From assembly GCA_964247055.1 (NCBI GenBank), contig OZ176051.1:6944001-7008000 (forward strand): a DNA stretch of 64,000 nt, in the 5' to 3' direction. Both the position numbers and the translations under genes were made by a program. Each line of letters opens with the position of its first letter. The stretch's first letter is position 1. Below the pieces are notes generated by a model. The model was not told where the DNA came from, did no database searches, and saw nothing but the letters and a program-made list of their open reading frames with translations. This document shows positions 55,701 to 64,000 of this stretch, piece after piece. Origin of the DNA: Paragordius varius. Lineage: Eukaryota > Animalia > Nematomorpha.

Positions 55701-58700
55701 AGTTAGTAACCTAAAATTCCAATGTCAAGAACGGTTTGAAAATAATTTTATACCATTAACCATCCGCAATATAATAAATAATTTAGAAAAACAAGGCCTA
55801 ATAAATCGCCAAGATATCCTGTATCATATAAATGTTTTATACAAACTGTAAAGATTATTTGAAAGACTGCTCGACTAATTCAATGAAATTGATCATTTTC
55901 ATTGGATAACATTAAAATCAGAATTTAATTGGTGCGATGTTCAAAAATCATTTGATTATTGCTCCCAAAAATTCTCAAAAAGTAATCTTTCAGAAAATGA
56001 TCTTTTTCTGAAGTATCATTAGTTAAAAGATATATATTAATGAAAAACTTAAATTATGGACAAAAGAAAAATATACAGTAGAAAAGAAATGGTTGGAAAT
56101 ATTTCATCATTTTGAAACACATTATGTTTTATACAATAATATATTAAAAATTATGGGATTCGCACTATCTTTACCTGGAACCAACGCTGCTACTGAGCGC
56201 GTTTTTTCCACAGTAAATCAGGTGTGGACATCGGAAAAACAAATTTAAATGTTGAAACTTTAAAGGCCGTTTTATCTGTCAAATATAATTTGACAAATTC
56301 TTGTGGAGACTCCTACAATATTTTAAAAAATGATGACAATCTGCTAAAACGCATTCAATTAAACAAAATATATACCAAAGAATAAAATATTTTCTTTAAA
56401 GTTTTTGTGTTAAAAAATAAACAAAATTACTTAAAATATTGTATAAGTCTTCATAATTTGTCATATTATATTTGAACATATAAAATAGCTTTTATTCAAC
56501 ATTTAAATTTGATTCCGTGTCCTAACTTAATTTACTGTGGAAAAACGCGTTCAATAGCAGTGGCTCAGGTAAAGATAATGCAAATTCTACAATTAAAATA
56601 TTATTGTATGGAACATAATTTGTTTAAAAATGATTATTTTAACCATTTTTATCCTAGTATTTTTTTTCTGTTGTCCATAATATAAGTTTTCATTCAATAT
56701 ATTTATTTAATAATGAAACTTCATAAAAAAGTGTCATTGTGCACCGTCTTGTCTTCCAAATAATCGTTTCTGTTTGTATAAAACATTTTTATATTCTGGC
56801 TATTCATTGAGCCTTGTTTTTCTGGATGCTTTATAATATTGGGATTAGGTAATGGTATAAAATTATTTTCTAACCTTTTTTGACTTGGTATTTTGACCTT
56901 TGTCCTGTGATAAAAAATAGGATTCTAGCACATTTTTATAAATATTTCAATCGCTGGCAAAAGAGCTAACCAACAGTTCTACAATATCCAAGCATTTTAA
57001 CATCTATATTTTCCACATCCAGGGATAACCAATCAGTAGCTGTATGAATAGCGTTGTGTATCTGCCAATAATGTTTTGATTAAGATTATTCGCTAAATTG
57101 TTAAAAATATTTTTTGTGCCGCTTCTTGCATCACCCAGCGCATTTTGTGATGATTTCGTCTTTATTTTTTTCTAGAATATTACAATCACTTCACTCTTTG
57201 TTCGTGCACATGTAAATTTATTGAATAAGGTACAAACAACCTGTAAGGTACAAATTTTTTTATATTTATAACGTATTTGTGTTAAAAAAAAATAAATATT
57301 ACAATAAATTTTTTGTATAAAAATTTTAGGTTGTACCCCCCAATGACCCCCCCCCCCCCCTTCTCGGATTTGTCCCGCTTTTTCCTTCAAAAAAACTGGT
57401 CACCTTAGGTATATTGAATTGCTGTTTGTAAGTAATGAATGTATTTATAACCTTTTGTACCCAACCCTATGTGTTTATAATTTTTCACTAAAATAGGCGC
57501 AACTCATTAGAAATCCGACGGTTGATATTTAGTCGCCTACCACCTATTAAACCAAACGAAGGTAATATTTAAATAATATTGTTTTATATTATCATCTCTC
57601 AATTTGTAAATCATATCATAAAAAATTGATAGAACTAACTGTCACTACATGATAAACCAAAAGATTATTTTATAAGATAAGTCTTTTTTATATTGATTAT
57701 ATATTAATATTGGCGCAAAGATTGGAACGGAAAATTCCTTTTTTGTATGAAAAATATATGTAACTTCATTTATATTTAGTGAGAGATGAATGCAATCCAT
57801 ATTTTTCTGGGGTCGATTTTTGTGGCTCAAACGGAGATTGTGAGGATTTAACACCAAAAACATCGGCAGACGTTACCAAAGAAAATCCAGAAATTACATT
57901 ATTTAAATGTGTGTGTAATCCAGGTTGGGAAGGCCAATTTTGTGAAAAGGGTAAACTAACTATACATCTATGTTTAATCTAAACCAAATGTTATCAATCA
58001 TAAAATAATTATTGATGTAATGAAATAATTACTGTTATAAAATTTATATTATTCGTCTGTCATCATCATCAGATATAAATGAATGCAAAGGGTTAATTTG
58101 TGAAAACGGTGGTATATGTTACAATATGTTACCACCAGAGCAGTATCGATGCAACTGCAAACCATACAGCTATGGGAGAAACTGTGAAAAAAGTAATATT
58201 ATATATTACCATTAATTTAGAAGAGTTCTAGATATTTTGAAAATGAATTAATTAATGAATAAATTAACGCTTCTTTATGTCATGCCTTATAGCGTATCCT
58301 AAAGGGGAATCTGGCTTTATATGCCGGAGTTCAGAAAATAGTAGCCTAATTAGCTGGATCCCAGAAAACAATTTTCAAGTGTGGGATTATTATCCGCATG
58401 GATTCAAAAAACTATTGGCCGATTCTGAGTAATATTTAATAAAATTTTTTGGGCGCTGTTAATTATTGAGTTTAATGTGAATAGTAAAGTTGTAGCACCA
58501 AAAAATCATTTTAAATAATTCTTTAATAAACTTATTTTACAAATTATTTTATTATACATCACACAGAATAACACGATTACACGAAATTAAAAAAATAATT
58601 GAACTCAATCACATGATAACTGAGGGGAAAACGCTTGGGTCAATAGCCACCAAATGGTTAATGCATAGGGCCAATAAATTGTATGTTGATCATGACAGGG

Positions 58701-59620
58701 AACAAATATACGGGGATGAACAGTTAAGACCCCCTTATTGGATTCGTTATGAAAATTCTCTGGGTTGGAATTTTAATCATGCGCGCATAGCTAAAATGAG
58801 ATTTAGGACTCACGTCCCCGTATTTGAACATGTGATGGAGATAAGGTTCCCTAGAATAGTTTTAATAAAGGCATTTGTTACACGTGGTGGGTATGAAAAA
58901 TCCAACAGTAAGTAATCTTATTTTATTTGATTTAAAAAAGCTTATTTTCGTATACAATAGGTGCAAGGCCAATATTTATAAGTTGTCACTAATATTTATA
59001 AACCGCACTTTATTTTGCATTAAATAAACCTAATATATGGATGGTTATCGTTAGAATGTGTGTCTTGTAAACGAATCGTTACCAAATACAAAATTAAAAT
59101 GCGCACGGGATCAAGGAAATGGTTCAAGTTTACCGACAAAAATGGCGATGAATTGGTATTACAATATATTAGTGTTTAAAGTTTTATGACTGCCTTGTAT
59201 AATAATATAACAAATACCCATTAATTATAGATTTATAATGCAATCGAACCCGGTGAAAAATTGCAAACGCTTGATGATTTAAAAATGTTAAACGTAGACC
59301 AACCAAGATTACGTTATCCACCAGCACCGTTTACGGCTGAAGCTTTGAGAATACATGTCATAGATTGGTGGCCCAGAAATTTGGATTTAACCCTAAAGAT
59401 TGGGGACAATTTAGACGTCGGACATTTTGGAGTAAATGACGAATTTTCTGACACTTCAGACAAAATTGATTTAACGACAAACGATGGCTTAATAAAAGAT
59501 GAAAGTGACCAGGAAATGGAAGCAGCACATATATTACGTGATAGAAAACGGAAACAAAAGAAAAAGATTGAGCCCCAAAATCCTATCATGAGATTCGATG
59601 TATTAGGGTGCCATATATAA
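52766..59620 (+). CDS. Secreted protein: putative signal peptide, possible SEA-like region, two EGF domains and a divergent F5/8 type C (discoidin) domain
   Basis: In-phase exons give MYLLVLLFTQYP|RQSSG, CNPY..CGSNGDC..CVCNPGWEGQFCE, DINECKGLICENGGICYN..CNCKPYSYGRNCE, and VTKYKIK..W..AEALRIHVIDW..MRFDVLGC*. The start exon is inferred. Confidence 0.75.
53055..53237. mobile_element. Tc1-type MITE, family 2 (copy 2)
   Basis: CGGTATGAGTAAG...CTTACTCATACTG|TA, with interior TTATGCCAAATAG / CTATTTGGCAATAA. Confidence 0.75.
54536..56384 (+). pseudogene. Disrupted hAT transposase (BED zinc finger, DDE core, hATC dimerisation domain)
   Basis: CLICEGEF..HGGKHDITKHMETQKH, FDAS, YCADTITNFGG, GCAAYLHN and LSLPGTNAATERVFS, with in-frame stops and frameshifts. 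Confidence 0.9.
56430..57250 (-). pseudogene. Second, internally deleted and diverged hAT transposase copy in inverted orientation
   Basis: The reverse complement aligns by eye to 54860-56320, e.g. QVVCTLFNKFTCARTKSEVIV vs QVIHTLFHKKFTCVRTKAETIV, plus shared DNA blocks ataatcttaatcaaaacattattggc, tatctttacctg and ttccacagtaaat. Confidence 0.85.
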
Positions 59621-60224
59621 TGAAATATAAAAAAGTGTAATAATAAGAAATAAATAAGTAAATATGTTCAACAAGTTATATCAATCATCATTTATTAAAG
59701 TGTGAGTTACACATATATGTACAATGTATATATATATTATTAAATTTTCTACACGCTACATTTACAATTATTATTATAGTTATATTAAGATTCTTAAGAA
59801 TAACAAACAAAAATATAGGGTTATTATATAGGAGAGTGATGTGTAAAATAGTAGCTAGCGTATTCACATACAACTTTAACAGATATGTAAGCATAAATCG
59901 TCTTCTCTAAACAAATTAAATCCGTTTTTTCACCAAACCAAAATGAGCAGATATGTTTAACTGCTTGGCGCTGTTTCCCTCTGTACACCTTCCATTATTG
60001 AATACATTTTATATTAAACCATAATTGTTAAAATTACGTTGGGACACTTTTCAAACAGAGGGAAAACAACCAAAGCATATTGTTAATACTTTTCATCAAC
60101 CACAGCGTAAGAAACAAATCAAATGCCTGAAATGACCATCTTTTAAACTCTACCTCTAAGAATGACCTTCTTCCTTTGCACACTCTTTTTTGGGATAAAA
60201 ACTTTCTTTCTTTCTGTCTCTTCT

Positions 60225-63200
60225 CTAAGTTATGGCAAACAAATTGACTATGGTTGGTGAAAAGGATGAGGTGGTCGTAGGCGTAGGAGAAGGTCCAACG
60301 CTGCCTGAGTTGCCACAATTTGTAGTCGGGGTGGCAACAACAACATTTTGTGATTTGTTTAGCGATGATGGTAAAGAAACCATAGAAAATTCTGAAGCTG
60401 TAGGCTGGGCGTTTACCGGTGTTTGGTGTGGTTGTTGTAAAATAACGGTATATTTTTGAGGTGTGCCTGCTCCCACTATGGGAGGACCACCTATGGATTG
60501 AACATTTGTCGAATGGGATAAAACAATGTTTTTATTAGGAGCATTATTACTGTTTAAATTTGTGTTTGTCGTCGAGGGAATGAGTAACGATAAAGTTTTG
60601 TACTTTTGATTTAGGTTATTTGTGTTATAGATTGTTGCATTATTAGCAATAAGCGAGGCATTGGATAATTTGGTAGAGGTGTTAGCCATATGCAATGATG
60701 AAGCATTACGATTAGCAAGGATAGAACTCATCGAAGGGGTAATAGTTAGCCCGCTTGAATTTGTTGTGGTCATTGGTAAAATTATAGGTGAGAGAGTTTG
60801 ATTTTCTTTGTAAGTCGTTAAATTAGATGTCCCTGAAACAAAGAATTTGTTTGATGAGTATTGTTGATTGATTCCGATACCGCCGTTTCCCAATAAATTT
60901 AATGTTTTATTAACACCACCTGGATTATTATTACTCACGTTGAGTTTAGATAATCCTTCCCTATTGATAACAATAAAATTATTGTTGTTATTGCTTAAGC
61001 TTGTTAAATTTATGTTAATGGGATTAATGATTTGTTGTTTGGCATGTACATTTCCTGGGCTAGGTCGTAAAAGATTAATATTACTAACCACCGAGCCGGC
61101 TATGTAAGTATTAGATTGATGATGTTGGGTAGCCATTACGATAGGTGTTAAAGATTTTGTTCCACCACTGTTTATATGGTTTACGTTTTGTATCAAATGG
61201 TTAGCGGTATTTAGATTAGGGCTATTGTTTGCGTTATTATTTGATATGCTAACTAACTTAAATAAATTATTGGTTGCTAAATTATTGATAATGTTATGTG
61301 TTATGGATGAGGTGACTGTTATTTGATTAGCATTATTATTATTATTAACATTATTTGTAGCGATGTTTGATATGTGGATTCTATTAAGGGTTTGTACATC
61401 CCGTGTTTCAACTTCATGATGAAGTGTTTTGTTAATTTGTGTCAAGAGAGTGTTGTTATAATATTTGTTGGCAGATAACGATGTAATCGAAGGCGTATGT
61501 GATTTATTATTGTTATTAAAGTTTATGGGTGAAATTTGATTATTTGTAATCAACATATATGTACTGTTATTATTAACGCTATTACTCCCAATGTTACCAG
61601 TATTGTTAAAGGCGGTATTACAAATGGCTGACTCTAAATGGCTATGGGATCCCAGCAAAGAGGATGATATTGTAGAATTATGTGATGATGATGATGTCAT
61701 ATATACATTCTGTACTGATTTTTGTAGATTTCGATTATAAGAATTGAAGGTGTTATACTGTGTTTGTGGTGGTAACAAAATGTAATCACCAATGAGCGTT
61801 ACCGTGGCTTCAGATGGTGCCATATTATGGTTGTTTGTGGGTGGTGCCACATTCAATATCTGATTATTTGTTCCCAATTTAACTTGCATCAAGTTGGATA
61901 GGTGGTGATTATTTGTACTACTATTAAAATTGGAGTTCCCAACGCCAAGTATTTGTTGAGGGTGTGGAGCTAACTTTATTGATGGAGTAGTAGAAGTAGT
62001 AGTAGCAGATAGCGTGTGAGATGAATTATCCGTTACTATAATGAATGAAGGAGATTGGGAACCGCTCACGCTAATATACTTGATGTTTGATAGGTCAGCC
62101 ACATTCAAGACCATGTACTGAGATGTGGACGTGGAAGGGATTATTCTTTGGAGCTGTGATATTTGTTGTTGCGGTTGACCTGATTCGTTAGCACCTGATG
62201 GTCGTTTGTTAGATGTGGCGGAAGGTATTCCTGCTGTATTATTTACTTTATGGCGTATAGAAGAAGAGGACGATAGATTATTGGCAGCATTAAGGTTGTG
62301 TGCTGCAAAAAAGTAGGTTGAAGTATTAACATTGTAATTCACGGGTATGGCGGGAGAATCGGCATTAGCCAACAATTGAATGTGAGATTTTGTCGTGAGT
62401 TGATGTGGGTGATATTGTTGTTGTTGCACAATAAGGGAATTATTTGATAGGTTTGAAGTACCGCTAGCCAGCGATTGTTTAATGAGTAAAAACTGTTGAG
62501 GTAAAAATTGACTTTGTGAAACTGTGGAGGGTGTAGGCATATTTGTACTTTGTGATGAAAATATACCCCTTAAAGCAACGTTAGGCGTTGAATTTTGCGT
62601 GTTATGTAATTGAGTAGCTGTAGTTAAATTCGTTGCGCCAAGTTGGTAGGAAGAGCCATATAAACCAGTGGCGTTAATATTTTGACTATTGATGGAGTAA
62701 GTAGTCGTAAACGATAGATTTGAAAGGGTTGTGTTAAATGTGGAACGGTTATTAACAGAGAAATATCGATTACCATTGTTGTTGTGGATATTGGTGGGTG
62801 TTATCGTATCTGAATTCACAGTAGCGTAAGTAGGCGTCGTTAAACCAATACTACTGATAGTTGAACCGTTTTGATTCAAATATATGGTTGTCGCGCTCAT
62901 AGGTGCCGGAGATTCAAACATACTCTTGAGAACGGGATTATTGTTTGTCAAATTGTAACTGTAATATCCAGCACTAGAGTTTGTCATATTGCTCGGGTGC
63001 ATAATGTATTGTTGTTGCTGCTGTTTTGATAGCGATTCGCTATAATATACAAAGTTATTATTTGTGCCATTGTTATTGTTCAACGAAAACGTATTATTAT
63101 ATATCGTATGCAAATTTGATGGAGTTGTTGTGAGACTGAGACTTCGGGGCACCAATATATTTCCCAACTTATGGCTGGTGTTATGTAATCCGGAATTTGG

Positions 63201-63750
63201 TATGGATGCATTTATTACGTGTTTTGTTTGTGGATGACTAGTGGTTGTATAACTATTATACAATGTATGATAGTTGTGTGGTATGGCAAACGATATATTA
63301 TCATTACCGAGATAGGCATAATTATTGATATTGTTATCATTGGCGTGATTCATTTGAGGATTATTATGATATTGTAAGGGCGTCGATAAAGGTAAGCAAA
63401 CTTTGGTACCACCTGGTCCAATGTTCAAAAGCGCAGGAGAGTTTTGAAGGAGTTGTGAAGTAGTGGGTTGTTGTGACTGATATGTGGAAGTATTTGATAA
63501 CATTTTACTCAGGTGCAATTGTGTGTTTCGTTTAAAGTATGTCCGTAAACACGTGGGTGTATGTTTAAGTCTTTTAGGGATGCTAATAAAAGAAGATATA
63601 AATATAATAACATTAAAAGATGATGAAAATAGCTCTTTTTAGCAATGAAAATTTGTTAAAAGAGACGTACTTAGACTTAACCCTTCCCATCATACCAACT
63701 ATGGAATTGGGTGCAATTAAGCGTTTGGGTGATACATTAACATCGAACAT
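60225..63750 (-). CDS. Large N/S/T/Q-rich low-complexity protein; a 3.3-kb exon plus a small upstream exon; C-terminus probably spliced further
   Basis: The ORF track shows 1097 uninterrupted codons in very AT-rich DNA. An upstream exon (MFDVNVSPKRL...VKS) joins in phase through a GT-AG intron at about 63668-63583. No recognisable domain. Confidence 0.8.
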
Positions 63751-64000
63751 TGAAGGAATATTGTGAAGATTAGAATAACTAAGGGAGGTATTGGTGACAA
63801 ATAATCCAAATTAATAACATAAAATGAAAACTATAAATTTAGTTTAAACGTGAATACCCAGTGGATTTGTAAAAAATTTATCTAGAAAGATATGTATGAT
63901 CCAATACTTGAAAAATAATTACCCTTTATTCTGATTATTTTGATGTTGGTCATTTTGTTTTGCGGTTGTGGTTTTCCGATTAATGGCAGGTGAGTATGTG

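Larger units (their letters stand above)
54124..57407 (+). mobile_element. hAT (Blackjack-like) DNA transposon, composite and non-autonomous
   Basis: 12-bp TIRs TAAGGTGACCAG and a perfect 8-bp TSD GGTATATT (54116-54123 and 57408-57415). Subterminal GTCCCG/CGGGAC motifs. Confidence 0.95.

Noticed and set aside
63942-63989. Possible signal-peptide first exon MLVILFCGCGFPINGR followed by a GTGAGT donor on the plus strand
   Set aside because: It is at the window edge and too short to support a call.

Overview
This is eukaryotic (animal) genomic DNA, extremely AT-rich, with spliced genes; no prokaryotic features, CRISPR arrays, rRNA or convincing tRNA genes were seen. I reconstructed the genes by hand from GT-AG junctions. 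Recognisable genes: RNF5/RNF185-like E3 ligase (-), RNF10/Mag2-like E3 ligase (+), NDUFA4/NMES1 (C15orf48)-family protein (-), SPCS2 (+), SLMAP (-) with a dynein light chain gene (+) nested in one of its introns, POP4/RPP29 (-), mRNA capping enzyme RNGTT (-, 16 exons), a secreted EGF-EGF-discoidin (F5/8C) protein (+), and a ~1,100-aa N/S/T/Q low-complexity protein (-). Many introns are only 22-29 nt, whereas others are expanded to 0.5-4 kb by transposons: hAT elements with perfect 8-bp TSDs, TA-flanked foldback-like elements with 21-nt subterminal arrays, Tc1-type MITEs, Helitron-like elements and an RTE LINE relic. Animal genes plus mini-introns plus low GC suggest a compact-genome parasite such as a myxozoan or mesozoan; this is inference, and the taxon cannot be fixed from the sequence. 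The most notable observations are the mini-introns, an apparently obligatory GT-TG 25-nt intron in RNGTT, a TSD-flanked hAT element with a tail-to-tail inverted second transposase copy, and a 1.27-kb palindrome with Helitron-type 3' ends at both termini.
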